Source: Eledone cirrhosa (taxonomy: Eukaryota). From it: DNA of 64,000 nucleotides. The stretch covers positions 45,384,001-45,448,000 of the forward strand of contig OZ024750.1 of NCBI GenBank assembly GCA_964016885.1, in the 5' to 3' direction. Shown one piece after another: positions 1 through 15,089 of the stretch (position 1 is the first letter of the stretch; each line of letters begins with the position of its first letter). The position numbers and the translations under genes were made by a program. Below the pieces are notes generated by a model, which had not been told where the DNA came from, searched no databases, and saw only the letters and a program-made list of their open reading frames with translations.

Positions 1-142
1 GGCGTCCGACACTCTACCGACACTGCCAATCCATAATAACAATAATAATAATAAGGATAATAGCAGTAATCATCATCATCATCATCATTATCATCATCAT
101 AATGAACTTAAATTATCCACATTTAACGTAAACTGTCATCAT

Positions 143-331
143 TTGGCAGTAACGGTAGAGGGACGGACGCCATGCTTTGACGTATAGAGTTACGGCCCTT
201 GCCATTCTGAGTGCAAATCCCGCCGAGGTTAACTTTGCGTTTCATCCTTACGGGGTCGATAAAATAAAGTACCAGTAATACACTGGTTAATTGTTGGACT
301 TGTGCCAAAATTAGAAACAATTATTATTATT
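143..331 (+). mobile_element. tRNA-headed SINE, family 1
   Basis: Head TGGCAGTAACGGTAGAG, B-box-like GAGTGCAAATCC, core GCGTTTCATCCTTACGGGGTCGATAAAATAAAGTACCAG and (ATT)n tail. About 20 near-identical copies occur in the window; a partial minus-strand head lies at 1-33. Confidence 0.85.
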
Positions 332-387
332 GTTTAAAAATAACGAAAATATTGTAAAAAATCAACTTAAGAAAATAGAAGACTCAT

Positions 388-1640
388 ACACCACCGCCCC
401 TCCAGCACCACCACTACCAACCCCTCCACCACCACCACTGCCAACCCCTCCGCCACCACCACTAACAACCTTCCGCCACCACCACTACCAACCCCTGCAC
501 CACCACCACTGCCAACCCCTCCGCCACCACCACTGACAACCCCCACTACCCCCTACACCCACCTCCACCACAACCAACCCCTCCACCACCACCACTGCCA
601 ACCCCTCCGCCACCACCACTGACAACCCCTCCGCCACCACCACTGTCAACCCCTCCACCACCACCACTACCAACCCCTCCGCCACCACCACAACCAACCC
701 CTCCGCCACCACCACTACTAACCTCTCCTCCACCACTACTGTCAACCCCTCCACCAGCACTACCAACCTCTCCGCCACCACCACAGCCAACCGCTCCGCC
801 ACCACCACTTCCAACCCCTCCGCCACCACCACTACCAACCTCTCCTCCACCACCACAGCCAACCCCTCCACCACCACCACTACCAACAACACTAACAAGC
901 CCATCATCACCGCCTAAACCACCACCAATAAAACCAATAACACACCGCACTACCACCACCACACCACCATCACCATCACCACCAACACCAACACCAAGAC
1001 AAGCATCACTAACACACACACCACCTCACACTCACCAACACCATCACCCCGACCACCACCACTAACAACAATACCACCGCCATCACCACCACCACCACCA
1101 CAACCACCAACGCTACCACCGCCAGCACCACCGTCACCACTACCACCACCACCACCATTACCACAACCAACACTACCACCACCAACACCACAACCATTAC
1201 CACCACTATACCACCACCACCAACGCTACCACCACCACTACCAACAATACCACCACCATCACAACCAACACCACCACCACCACCAACACTACCACCAACA
1301 CCACCAACACTACCACCACAAGCACCACCACCACTACGACGACCACCACCACCAACACCACCAACACTACCACCACCAACACCACCACCACCACCAACAC
1401 CACCAACACCACCACCACCAACACCACCAACACTACCACCACCAACACCACCAACACTACCACCACCAGCACCACCACCACCACTACGACGACGACCACC
1501 ACCAACAACACCAACACTACAGCCACAAGCACCAAGACTACAAAGACGACCACCACCACCAACACCACCAGCACTGCCACCACCAACACCACCACCACCA
1601 CCACCACCATTACAATTATCACTAATACTTCCACTACAAT
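388..1640. repeat. (CCA/ACC)n-derived degenerate trinucleotide and minisatellite tract
   Basis: CCA repeats with ~24-bp higher-order units (CCAACCCCTCCGCCACCACCACTA); several frames are open on both strands. Confidence 0.9.
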
Positions 1641-2499
1641 GCAACGTTACAAAACATACAACTATACACCAAACAAACAAACATACAAACATAGAAACAC
1701 GCTCTGTTTAATTTACTCTAAGGAAATTACGGTATGTCGATTAAAAATCTCAAATTTAGTGAAGACTGATACACAGTTTCCGCCATTATATTTATACATG
1801 TCTTTTAAATCATTGGCTTAACGGCTCATTTGATTTCCTGCAATTGTATTTCAGATGTTGAGAAATCCGGTGTTTTTAAAGACAGTTTAATATATCTATT
1901 TATCGAGAATTATTATAAATCTTACTTCTTAGATCTCCTAATAGGTCTATGTTAACATATTGTATTTAACGCGGAATTCCTGTAAATCTGTTGGATATGT
2001 GTGTATAAAATGGTAAACACATATATATACACACATACAGAGCGATGTTTGTATATATATATATATATACACAATTTTTAATAATTAATATGTATATATA
2101 TATATATTTGTATTGCAATGTTTTTCATATGAAGATATAACAATATATATATATATATATAATATATGTATATACGCACACACACACACACACACACATT
2201 TATATATATAATAATAATGTAATTATATATATATATATGTATATAATAATATATATATACTAATATATATATTATATAATAATATATATATTACATATAT
2301 ATATTACATATATATAATACATATATGTATATATGTATATATATATAATATATATATAGATATACATATATATTCATATATATATATATATGGGTGTGTG
2401 TTTGCATGTATGTATGAATCTATACAAATAAATGAATTTGTTTGTGTGTGTGACTTTACTAATACGTATATAGATATGTGTGGACCTGTATATGTTTTA

Positions 2500-2900
2500 A
2501 TGTGTGTGTTGTTCAGTTTGTATGTGTGTACGTGTATATGTTTGTGTATGTATGTATATGTGTATATGCATGTGTGTATGTGTGTATATGTGTATGTATA
2601 TGTATGTGTGTGTATGTATATGTGTATATGTATGTGTAGTTGTATATATATGTGTATATGTATGTGTATTTGTGTGTATTTGTGTATATGCATGTGTATG
2701 TGTATATATGTGTATATGTATGTGTGTGTATGTATATGTGTATATGCATGTGTATATCTATGTATATGTGTATATGTATGTGTATGTGTGTGTATTTGTG
2801 TATATGCATGTGTGTATGTGTATATGTATGTGTGTATGTGTGTATATGTATGTGTGTATGTGTGTACGTGTGTATATGTGAATATGTATGTGTGTATATA
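2500..2900. repeat. Degenerate (TATGTG)n/(TG)n microsatellite
   Basis: Seen directly. It is one of dozens of (TA)n, (CA)n and (TATG)n tracts that are not listed individually. Confidence 0.9.
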
Positions 2901-3939
2901 TGCCTGTTTGTCACAGGCAATATATCTACAGTGAATAACAACAAGTTATTTCCGTATGTAATCATTTCAATGTTGTTTAATGGAAACGATTTCCTGTTTA
3001 TTTTCTCTTTCGTTCTATCTGTCACTCTCTCATTCCTCTATTTATCCCTCTCTTGGTATAGAAACACACACACACACACAGAGACACACACACACACACA
3101 TATACACACCCACGTATACATATATATATATATATGTAATAAAGGTAGGTTTCTTAGTTGTTTGAGTGTAGAAATCACAATTGCAATGTTGTGAGATCGA
3201 AAGATGGATCGGGCGGACTTTTGTGTCCTTGAGAAAACACGTAATTCGTGACCGAACGGAGCCTACAATACGATATATATGTATAAGATCCAAGATTTGA
3301 CTTCTAAGATTTACCGATCAATGGTGAATATATTTCTTCAATAATATATATACAAATGAGATTAATCATTATTGCAAGGTATCTATATTCTTGTTAATTT
3401 TTAATATGTTACCCCCGTAACTAGGTGTGTTTACAGTCTTTATAAATTATCCCCTGTAATTGTTTGATATATTTATATTATTCCATATTGAGTGCTTTAG
3501 CTGCACGTTCCCTTCTCATGCATGTGTATGTATCCATGTATACACCACATGACCTGGAATAATAAGACATTTGTATCGCAAGTAAAAGATCTGGAGTTTA
3601 ATCCTGCTACGTAGTATTTGGGATGTGTTATTCACGATGACCACAAGTGACATTACTATGTATGCGAAACGTGGTTGTAGACGAACAGTCTTTAAAACGC
3701 ATAAGTCATACTTTACATGTAAATCAAAGTGTCAGCTTTGCCATAACGTGTCATACACAGACCCCTTGATAATTACGTTAGAGGTACACCATTTTAAATG
3801 GTTCATGAACGAGATGTTCTCTCCATCGTTGAAACAGACAGAGGTATATCAATGTGCTCAGATACGTATATGGACATATACAAATATTTCTGTGTATATA
3901 TATATATATATATACACACAGAAATTACTTACTATAGTT

Positions 3940-4023
3940 ACATTTACCGAATCGGTTTCGAATCTCAAAAATAAACGGAGTCCATACGGCCTTCGTTGCA
4001 AAGAAAGATTCTCGTCAGAAGGT
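3940..4023 (-). ncRNA. Type I hammerhead ribozyme motif in a (TA)n-flanked element (~3920-4140)
   Basis: Minus strand reads ACCTT-CTGACGA-GAATCTT...GAGATTC-GAAA-CCG-ATT-CGG-TA|AATGT. It has G10.1-C11.1, a 4-bp stem III, a GUA triplet and 4/5 pairs in stem I. Confidence 0.8.
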
Positions 4024-4137
4024 TCTTTACATTCGAAGAATATAAAATTCTCGAACTTAAATTACAAACTGGCGCTATTCAAAATTGTTCCCGAGATTAG
4101 AGTAAATGAAGTGGAATCAATTTTTTCAAGGGCCGAG

Positions 4138-4191
<54 letters not shown>

Positions 4192-4308
4192 GACCAATTG
4201 TGCGTGAGGAAATTCTGGAATATCTGAGTATATATAAATATATATATATGTCACTGTGGGTAAGTGTTTGCTTTTATGTGTATTTACGTATACACACACA
4301 CACACACA

Positions 4309-4432
<124 letters not shown>

Positions 4433-4454
4433 TATATGTATATATGTATTAAAT

Positions 4455-4722
4455 CTAAAGTCTGTCTTAATCCTGAAGGATTATTAGGTCGGTGCTTATC
4501 CCGATTTAATGGTGTGAAGCAACTGAGGATTGCCCCGTGGACAGGACACCAGTCCATCGAAGTGTTAAACCCCAAGCTATTGCTGGTACTCATTTTCAGC
4601 TGAGTATACTGGAGCAACATGAAATGGAGTGTTTTGCTGAAGAACACAACATGCAACCCAGGAATCGAACACCCGACATAATGATGGTTAGTCCAACACC
4701 TTTACCACTAGGCCACGTGCCT
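4455..4722 (-). mobile_element. tRNA-headed SINE, family 2 (CORE-like domain)
   Basis: Minus strand has A box TGGCCTAGTGG, B box GGTGTTCGATTCC, then GTGTTCTTCAGCAAAACACTCCATTTCATGTTGCTCCAG. Related copies at ~3545-3700(+), 25550-25690(+), 36958-37255(+), 48745-48890(-) and 55855-56046(-). Confidence 0.8.
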
Positions 4723-4807
4723 CTACTATGTATATATATATATATATATATATTTAATGTGTGTATGTTAAAATATATATATATATGCGTGTGTTTGTGT
4801 GTGTGTA

Positions 4808-4963
<156 letters not shown>

Positions 4964-4982
4964 TATATATATATAAATATAT

Positions 4983-5212
4983 AGGTAAATAGATGGATAG
5001 ATATATGTAGTAACAGTTTAAGACCAGAAAGAAGAGGAGGTACATAAATAGAACAGATAGTCATTGAGGAGGTCACATAATGTGTAACGATAAATATTTG
5101 ATGAGCTAACGAATAACTAGTAATAAACCTTGAGTGAAAATATACATATGGTTCATGTGTTATTTTTTCTTGGCAATACTGCAATATGACCGTCATTATA
5201 TATAACAATATA
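4983..5212 (+). mobile_element. (TA)n-embedded element with decayed hammerhead (family D); inverted twin at 21300-21533
   Basis: GTCA-TTGAGGA-GGTCACATAATGTGTAAC-GATA resembles the family D core, and the tail GGCAATACTGCAATATGACC...TATAACAATA matches 7508-7540. A close copy lies on the minus strand at 21300-21533. Confidence 0.65.
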
Positions 5213-5299
5213 TAGATATATAGATATATATATATCTGTATAGGAAAATGTTAGAACCCGACGGCAGAGCTCAAGCCGCTTCTACAGCTATTTCTGGAG

Positions 5300-5434
5300 G
5301 GAATTATTTATAAAACTGTTTATATATTGCATTTTGTCTGATGAAGGCATACCATATTTTAATTTGGTATCCCTGGAATATGTATAATGAAATAAATATG
5401 GTTTTATAAATATAGTTTCCATTTATTTAATATC

Positions 5435-5435
<1 letters not shown>
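5300..5435 (+). mobile_element. Hammerhead-bearing element, family A (single arm)
   Basis: CTGATGA at 5338-5344, stem II AGGCATACCA...TGGTATCCCT, GGAA (mutated GAAA), then AATAAA and the family A end, abutting (TA)n. A family B fragment precedes it (5250-5298). Confidence 0.75.
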
Positions 5436-5484
<49 letters not shown>

Positions 5485-5485
5485 G

Positions 5486-5556
<71 letters not shown>

Positions 5557-5579
5557 TTATATATATATATATATTTATG

Positions 5580-5644
<65 letters not shown>

Positions 5645-6084
5645 CGTGTGTCTATGTGTATTCGCTATACGTAAGTGACTTCCTGGTAGTCGCACGATTA
5701 GTTTTTCGTATCCATAGAGTCAAACTCGATATATAGTGTGTCATATATAAAATGCAACGTCGTTCATTTTATTTGGTTACAATGGAAGAACTCATATGGG
5801 TGTTTGGTTATGTACCAGTTGTATATTGTTTATATCAACCCTCTCTTTGTTGCTACCCCCTCACTATACGGACACATATCCAGACACATACACAGCCACT
5901 TGTACCAACACACACACACACACCGAGACACGTGCACCAACATACACACATAAAAGCACATATATGTATATATAATTTCCTATATACGTACATTTTTATA
6001 TACTTATATAAATAAATATATATATATAAGTATATATTAATGTACGTATATAATTCTCTCTCTCTCTATATATATATATATGTG

Positions 6085-6151
<67 letters not shown>

Positions 6152-6204
6152 ATATAGATAGATAGATAAATATACACAGGTGTGTATGATTGTGTATAGA
6201 AGAT

Positions 6205-6610
6205 TATATTAATAAGAGGAATTCCAACTTTGTCTGATTTACTCGTTTTATTTACAATTCTTTAAAATTTATAATGGTATTTTAATGAAATAGTATGATA
6301 GACTATTAAATGTTAAGTGTTAATTGAACAATTACTTTCATGCTTTCGCAATCTTCAGGTTCATAATGTGTGGTGACAGTCAAGTTTGCAATTCTCAACT
6401 GTGAAAATTTTCACAGTTGAGAATTGCAAACTTGACTGTCACCACACATTATGAACCTGAAGATTGCGAAAGCATGAAAGTAATTGTTCAATTAACACTT
6501 AACATTTAATAGTCTATCATACTATTTCATTAAAATAGCATTATAAATTTTAAAGAATTGTAAATAAAACGAGTAAATCAGACAAAGTTGGAATTCTTCT
6601 TATTAATATA
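6205..6610. repeat. 406-bp near-perfect spacerless palindrome with a hammerhead core in each arm
   Basis: Centre at 6407/6408 (GAAAA|TTTTC), 203-bp arms with 2 mismatches. TGAAC-CTGAAGA-TTGC-GAAA-GCAT-GAAAGTAATT-GTTCA lies at 6452-6490(+) and its mirror at 6325-6363(-). Confidence 0.9.
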
Positions 6611-6628
6611 TATATATATATATAAATA

Positions 6629-7590
<962 letters not shown>

Positions 7591-7595
7591 ACGAA

Positions 7596-7627
<32 letters not shown>

Positions 7628-7676
7628 GCATATATACACAGACATATATAGCGAGAGTAAGAGGTTTATATATACA

Positions 7677-7757
<81 letters not shown>

Positions 7758-7769
7758 GTGTGTGTGTGT

Positions 7770-8210
7770 GTAGAGGTTATATTTAATTTGTTGGGATTCA
7801 ACAAGCAAAATATTTTTATAACTGATATAAAGCACTCAACAAATTATTACAGTAAATATACAATATATTAGCAAATGGAAACTATATTTACAATACCATA
7901 TTTATTTCGTTATACATATATCAAGGACCACCAAAGCAGATTATGGTGCGCTTTCATCAGATAATATATAATATAGATTAGTTTTATAAATAATTATTGA
8001 CATACCCTGAAAAATACAACCTTCACAGAGTCTGCAACCGTGAAGTTGGCATTTTTCAGGTTATGTCAATATTTATTTATAAAACTAATCTATATTATAT
8101 TTTATCTGATGAAAGCGCACCATAATCTGCCTTGGTGGTCCTTGATATATGTATAATGAAATAAATATGGTTTTGTAAATATAGTTTCCATTTGTTAATA
8201 TATTGTATAT
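7770..8210 (-). mobile_element. Palindromic family A element with 3' tail on the left
   Basis: Arms ~7856-8025 and 8040-8210. CTGATGA at 8106-8112 and its mirror, with GATA replacing GAAA in both arms. 7770-7855 is the reverse complement of the tail at 53290-53374. Confidence 0.85.
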
Positions 8211-8289
8211 ATATATATTTATTTCAATATATATATACACACACATATAGAGAATGAAAGAGATTTATATACGTACATTAATATGTACG

Positions 8290-8380
<91 letters not shown>

Positions 8381-8461
8381 TGTATATGCATATATATATA
8401 TATTCTGTATATGCATATATACACACATATATAGCGAGAGAAAGAGATTTATATAGGTACA

Positions 8462-8564
<103 letters not shown>

Positions 8565-8756
8565 TCCCATTTGTCTCTCTATGTATCTAATCTATTACCT
8601 TTCCGCCATGACGTGATATAAACAACTTTTAGAAATATTTCTACATTATTTTCTCTAATGTATATTTATAAACACTAATATTTCTTAGTTACACACACCA
8701 TATATTTATATATGTATATATATACATACATATATACATACATGTATATATATATA

Positions 8757-8839
<83 letters not shown>

Positions 8840-9812
8840 GTGTGCGTGTGTGTGTGGTATGAATTATGAATGTGTCTGTATATGTGCGTGTGTGCTTGTG
8901 TGTGTGTGTCTGCGTCTGTGCATGTATATATACACACACACATACACATATATATATATATATATATATATGCATATATTCATGTGTATATAACTTTCCA
9001 CTAACATCCGTGTATATAAGAACATATACTTATTTACATACCTACTTATATATATTTAACAAATTTGGAACGACGAATAGAAAATAACAAAAATACAGGA
9101 ACATCATCATCATCATCATTCTCATCATCATCACCTTTACCGTCATTGTCATCATTACCATCATCAGTAACACCAGCAGTACAGCAGTAGCATTAGCAAC
9201 ATCATCCGTAGCAGTACAACCCCAAAAATACATCAGCATATTCACCATAAAGGATTTTTAAAAAAACCACTTCAACTATAAAACATAAAACTAAACGGCG
9301 CTGAAAACATCAACAACGACAACAACAACAACAACACTAACAAGAATGTCAACAAAAGCAATATTAACAAAAAAAAAACATGGACAATGACAACTTCGAC
9401 GACAACAACAACAAGAAGAGGAACGATAAAAACAACTACTACAACAAGTTTTGAGACGATGTGGAAAATTAGAATAGAGAAAAGCTATTTATGACTTTTC
9501 GAATATAGTCACGTTAAACAATGGGGTATGCTTTCCGCTCCGGGTGACTCGCAAGTCGGCAGGAAATGCTTGTACTGTTGAGACCAGAAGCTTACACTCA
9601 CGACTTCGGAAGACTAGAAAAAGAACACCGTATTCCGTATATACGCATATATACATACATACATGCATATATACACATATATATGCAGATATATATATAT
9701 ATACATACTAACATACATGTCTATGTATCTATCTATCTATTTCTTTCTCTCTCCCCTTCTCCCTCTGTCTCACTATACACACGCACACATGTATATATAT
9801 ATATATATATAA

Positions 9813-9856
<44 letters not shown>

Positions 9857-9859
<3 letters not shown>

Positions 9860-10313
9860 GTGGAGGGTCATATTTGTGTAATATTGCCAGAATTAATAAC
9901 AGAACACACTCAATGTTTGGTTGGTTTTCGCTTTTCGTTTCTGTGTCTTTTATATCGGTTAATTTAATTTATTCGGTCCTCAATGTTGCCATTGACTGAC
10001 CAACGGTCAACAATACAGATACAATATAGACACAGACACATATATATAGTCAATCAAAGTTCTTTCGTTGCACATCTGCAACATCGTCAGTGGTGCTATT
10101 GTTTCCTCCCGTTGCATTGTATTTTCTACGCCATCTGTATTTAGTCTGTTTATATATTTATTTATTTATTTATACTTCTCTTAGGTCAGGGGTGTTTGTG
10201 TTCTGTTATTAATTGGGGCAATATTACACAAATATGACCCTCCCCAAGTATAACAATATTTCTTTCGACACACGATTTCACATCAAAAACCTCGCAAAAC
10301 TAATTTATCGCCG
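9857..10313. mobile_element. Family D-related element with short terminal inverted arms and an internal hammerhead
   Basis: Arms 9857-9910 and 10197-10248 plus a family D tail. Minus strand CTGACGA-T-GTTGCA-GATG-TGCAAC-GAAAG-AA-CTT at ~10053-10094. Confidence 0.75.
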
Positions 10314-10314
10314 T

Positions 10315-10380
<66 letters not shown>

Positions 10381-10490
10381 CGTGTGTGTGTGTGGCGGGG
10401 TATGTATGTATATATGTGTGTATATATGTATGTATATAAACAAATATAAATACATACATACAACATATACATATACAGTATATATTCATA

Positions 10491-10541
<51 letters not shown>

Positions 10542-10575
10542 GTGTGTGTGTATATATATACACATATATATATAC

Positions 10576-10642
<67 letters not shown>

Positions 10643-11177
10643 CATACATATATATATACATATATAAGTATGAGTGTGTGTGTGAGTCTGTGTGTTTATC
10701 TGTGGGTGCGTGTATGTGTGTAAGTCTATACAGACATATATATAGTACTTTTCACGCGTGCACACACCTGAAAACATAAGTATACACAGGTATCAGATGT
10801 AAACATAACAAACAGTCTAGATGTTAGTTACCTCCCAGTGCACAAACCTTGTATCGGAACATGTTTGATGTTATAAAACCATCCCTAGATTTTTCAATAT
10901 TATCAGTATAAGTATTTTTAGCCTAATCTTATTGTTATCTTCTCTTCGTATATTACCTCTATTTTGGTACAAACCATTTCGTTATGTTTATATACTATTA
11001 TGAGTTTTGGGGGATACCTTTATTTTATCATATACATTTACATCTTAAAACGTGTTATTTTGTAGTTTGAATTTTTTTCTTGGTGTGTGTTGGTCTTTTT
11101 TTTTTTATTGCATGAGTTCCAACAGATGTTACGTCATAATATATGTTTAGGTATATGTGTATGTAACGTGTAAGTAA

Positions 11178-11230
<53 letters not shown>

Positions 11231-11721
11231 AAGTAATTCCGTCGGAATTGTCCAGGAAAAAACAGTGCTCTATGTAAGTTATAGAGCTTATTAGTCATGT
11301 AATTAGTTCTTCAACTACCTCCAGGTCATAGAACTAAACATAATACTAATTTACTACTAATTTTGAATAAAATTATTACTGCTTTTGACAACAGCTGGTG
11401 ATATGCATGTAAGTAAATATTCTCTTTATCTGATATTTTGTAACTAACCTTACATAGATCGATATAGAAGTATAGTTACGATGTATTATCATCACCTAGA
11501 AACGATCTTAAAGCAGTGAAGTATATTTCTAATGACTTGATTTTTTTATTTCATTGTTGTAACTTATATATATATATATATATATATATTGGAAAATTGA
11601 AAAACAAAAAAAATAACAAGGAGTTCAGTTACAAACAGTGTTGGTATTAGGTTCACGCTTGAGAGTACACACTATTATATATATTCACAAATATACACAC
11701 CAATATATATATATACACACA

Positions 11722-11787
<66 letters not shown>

Positions 11788-12285
11788 CCTATGCTAGCAA
11801 ATATATAGGTTTTGTCTTAATAACTTTGCCGTTCAATGCAAGGGGATGCAGAACAATTATATGAATGAGGTAAAATAAGAAAATTATAAAAATTATCTTA
11901 CTTACTAAAATTTCCCTCCAACTAATTAGTTTCTGAAAGGGAGTAAACATGGTTTCCAAATGGAAAGCATGGATAGGCCGTTTCGTCATCAGGAAGTCTG
12001 TTCTCAGCTAAGATACCTGGCGATGCGTGGACACATGGAACTTATACAAAAATAATTCAGTGGATGGAAAAAAGCAAGCGTGGACTAAATTCCAAGACAT
12101 TGAAAAAATCACTGCCTACTTGGTCGGTGGCAAATTCAAAAGAATCAATCACGTGACATCGAGGTTAATCAGTCAGGAGTGGGGTGTTAAAAAGACAGTG
12201 GCCAAGCCGTTACTATGAACTATAGTAGCAGTTTTGGCAAATTTTTGGTCAACAAAATAATTTGGAGATAATTATAAAGAATTAT

Positions 12286-12324
<39 letters not shown>

Positions 12325-12461
12325 GTGTGTGTGTGTGTGTATATTAGCATTTAGTGTGCTTCATAAAACAACGTAACTTTCATTATTTTAATTCGAGGTA
12401 AATACATAAGTAGTTGTTTTGAAATACTCTTTATGCTAGAAATATTTTGCTTTAATGAATA

Positions 12462-13541
12462 CTAGCAGTAAAGCCCGGCGTTGCTCGGGGTCGCTCAGTA
12501 GCTGTGTTAAAGTTACAATGTTAAGTTTCTTTTTTGGCTTAAAAACTGTAGTGTCTACTGTGCAGACTTGCATGTGGTGTTTTTGATTAATATTCCCTCA
12601 ACCAACAATATGCCTTATGAAGTTAAGAAAACATAACGATAACCCGAATGTTATAACAAAAGAGGATGCTGGGGATAGAAACTGCACTGGTTATTTATTA
12701 ACAAAGATCGAAAATGTAAACACTGCAACGCAGAGAAAAACATTAGCGTAACCAAATTATCAGTTATGTCTGTCTGCACGCCTATATCACCTCTCTGCAC
12801 GACTGTCTGTCTGCACGCCTATATCACCTCTCTGCACGACTGTCTGTCTGCACGCCTATATCACCTCTCTGCACGACTATCTGTCTGCACGCGTATATCA
12901 CCTCTCTGCACGACTGTCTGTCTGCACGACTGTCTGTCTGCACGCCTAACGAAATTTAGAGATACATATATTTTAAATAAACTTATATAATTTTTGCTTT
13001 TTTTTACGAAATATTTGCTTGTTTTACGTAGTCTTTAAATAGATTTGTTTTCAAGTAAAAATATTGTTTTAAAATGCTTTTAAATGGAAATGAAGCTTGT
13101 TTTACGTAGTCTTTAAATAGACTTGTTTTCAAGTAAAAATATTGTTTTAAAATGCTTTTAAATGGAAATGAAGCAAAACGGAAGCTTAATGTTCGAACTG
13201 ATGAATTTTGCAGGTCAATATTTTGCTGGCTCGACAACTGTTCGTGTATTGTGTTAATGTCATTTTAAACGCTGAGAAAGCCAGCGTAATTTTTTACGTA
13301 AGACGCTCAATGTAAACAGAACAAAGGGAAATAACTGATAACTTACGCTCAAAAATCGATACATTATATTCGATTTCGTCACATAGGGTGGGTCAATTTG
13401 AAATTTTTTTTTTCCGATGTCTTCGCTAGGGCTCAATGTACAAGTATAGCAATTTCGGTGCAATTCCGTGAGAGATTCTAAGAGGAGATGTGTGCCAAAA
13501 ATCGATAGACAGACAGACAACCACAGTTTTATATATATAGA
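12462..13541 (-). mobile_element. Non-autonomous Helitron
   Basis: Minus strand starts TCTATATATATAAAA (followed by TGTCTG microsatellite) and ends CCCGAGCAACGCCGGG hairpin-TTTACTG-CTAG. It is inserted between A and T with no TSD. A similar 3' end lies at ~20130-20160(+). Confidence 0.85.
12767..12947. repeat. 37-bp tandem repeat (~4.5 copies) inside the Helitron; a 78-bp tandem duplication follows at 13017-13174
   Basis: Unit TGTCTGTCTGCACGCCTATATCACCTCTCTGCACGAC. Confidence 0.9.
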
Positions 13542-14267
13542 TAACAAAGTGATTTTTTTTTTTTCATTATTTTACATTTTTAAACGGATTAAATACAAAA
13601 CATATTTGAGATAGAAACTCATAATACTGAATGTAAGGTGAGTATTTGATACACCTTGTAGATTTGGTCTAATAAATTATTGGTGTTTTTATTATTACTA
13701 TTGACGTATGTAATTGTGGTGAACTGGCAGTATCGGTAGTACATCGGATAACATGCTTTGTGGCAGACACTTACGGATCTTAACGTACTGAGTTCAAATA
13801 CCTAAATCAAAAACCATTACTACTATTCCTGTGATTTGAATTAAGTTAGGTCTTTTAAAAAATTATAAAATCCTACTGATTAAAATATTAATTCTAAATG
13901 TGCTGATCAAACAGTAAATATTTGTCTGTGCACACATGAATTGGCCCCTCCACATCACATGATGTCTATTGGTGTACAGTTCCTCCGATAGTGTGCCCTA
14001 CATTTCTGGTGAACCTATTGATGATTTCCTGCACCTTTCGTACATATAGTGTGTTCTGATGGTATTGGAACACTTAATAAATATTTCATATTTGGCTTTA
14101 GAATCACGGTCAGTGGCTTTCTGCTCGTTGTGAACTTTGATAACACCCGACCGTACAATATTCACACACCCACATACTCACACATATGTATACACAGGCA
14201 TACAAATACATTCACACACACAAACACACTTACATTCGCACACACACACTCATATATATATATATAT

Positions 14268-14625
14268 GAATAAAGTTAGTCCTTCATCAGTGATCTTCCA
14301 ACCATCATTGGTATTTCATCGCCTTAAAGACCATATACCTCCGGTTGGTGCGAGTAACGGCTAAAAAAAATCGCTGGGACACGTAAATAAAGGGGACACG
14401 AGAGTGTAAACAAACAAAGAAGGTGAAGCAACGAAAAGTGAGGAAGAAAGAGTCAAGTCCCAAATTTCCATGAATATTAGTTCGGTGAAATCGTGAACGA
14501 GAGAGAATAAAGACCATCAAACCTGGTTGGAATGTAAGCAAGGAAGGAATTCCGTACAGGTCTAACGGGAGGAAGAAGGGATCTAGTCTGTGAATTCGGT
14601 GAACATAAATTCTGTGAAATCGTAG

Positions 14626-14628
<3 letters not shown>
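14268..14628 (-). mobile_element. (TA)n-flanked element, family F (relative at 21563-22149)
   Basis: Shares TTCCAACCATCATTGGTATTTCATCGC...GGTTGGTGCGAG with 21640-21700. The minus strand ends in the half-hammerhead CTGATGAAGGACTAAC. Confidence 0.65.
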
Positions 14629-14689
<61 letters not shown>

Positions 14690-14692
<3 letters not shown>

Positions 14693-14830
14693 ATATTAAA
14701 TAAATGGAAACTATATTTATAAAACCATATTTATTTTATTATATATATTTCAAGGGTACCAAAACACTTTGGTACGCTTTCTTCAGATGAAATATGAATT
14801 TTATTTTATAAATAGAGACATACCAAGGAA
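14690..14830 (-). mobile_element. Family A element with hammerhead (14733-14793)
   Basis: Minus strand ATTTCAT-CTGAAGA-AAGCGTACCAAA...TTTGGTACCCTT-GAAA-TATATATA|ATAAAAT. Confidence 0.75.
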
Positions 14831-14992
14831 ATCATACCTTATCAGTTGGATATTCTCTGGATAGTTGAAATGTATTAGGGATTTTTCAAACTTATGGGTG
14901 AATAAGCAAATGTATATGTAAATAATTGAAAAACAACCGTTTATATAAACGACTATGGAGAGAGAGAAGAGAGAAGAGAGAAGAGGAGAAGG

Positions 14993-15049
<57 letters not shown>

Positions 15050-15089
15050 CTGTGTGTGTATGTGTGTGTGTGTATATATATTTTATCGT

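Noticed and set aside
330-1692. Pro/Gly/Val-rich ORFs
   Set aside because: Translations of a CCA repeat, open in several frames on both strands, with no unique domain.
11976-11996. Minus-strand CTGATGA-C-GAAACGGCC
   Set aside because: Both core boxes are present but stem II is absent and stem I does not pair; at most a deleted relic.
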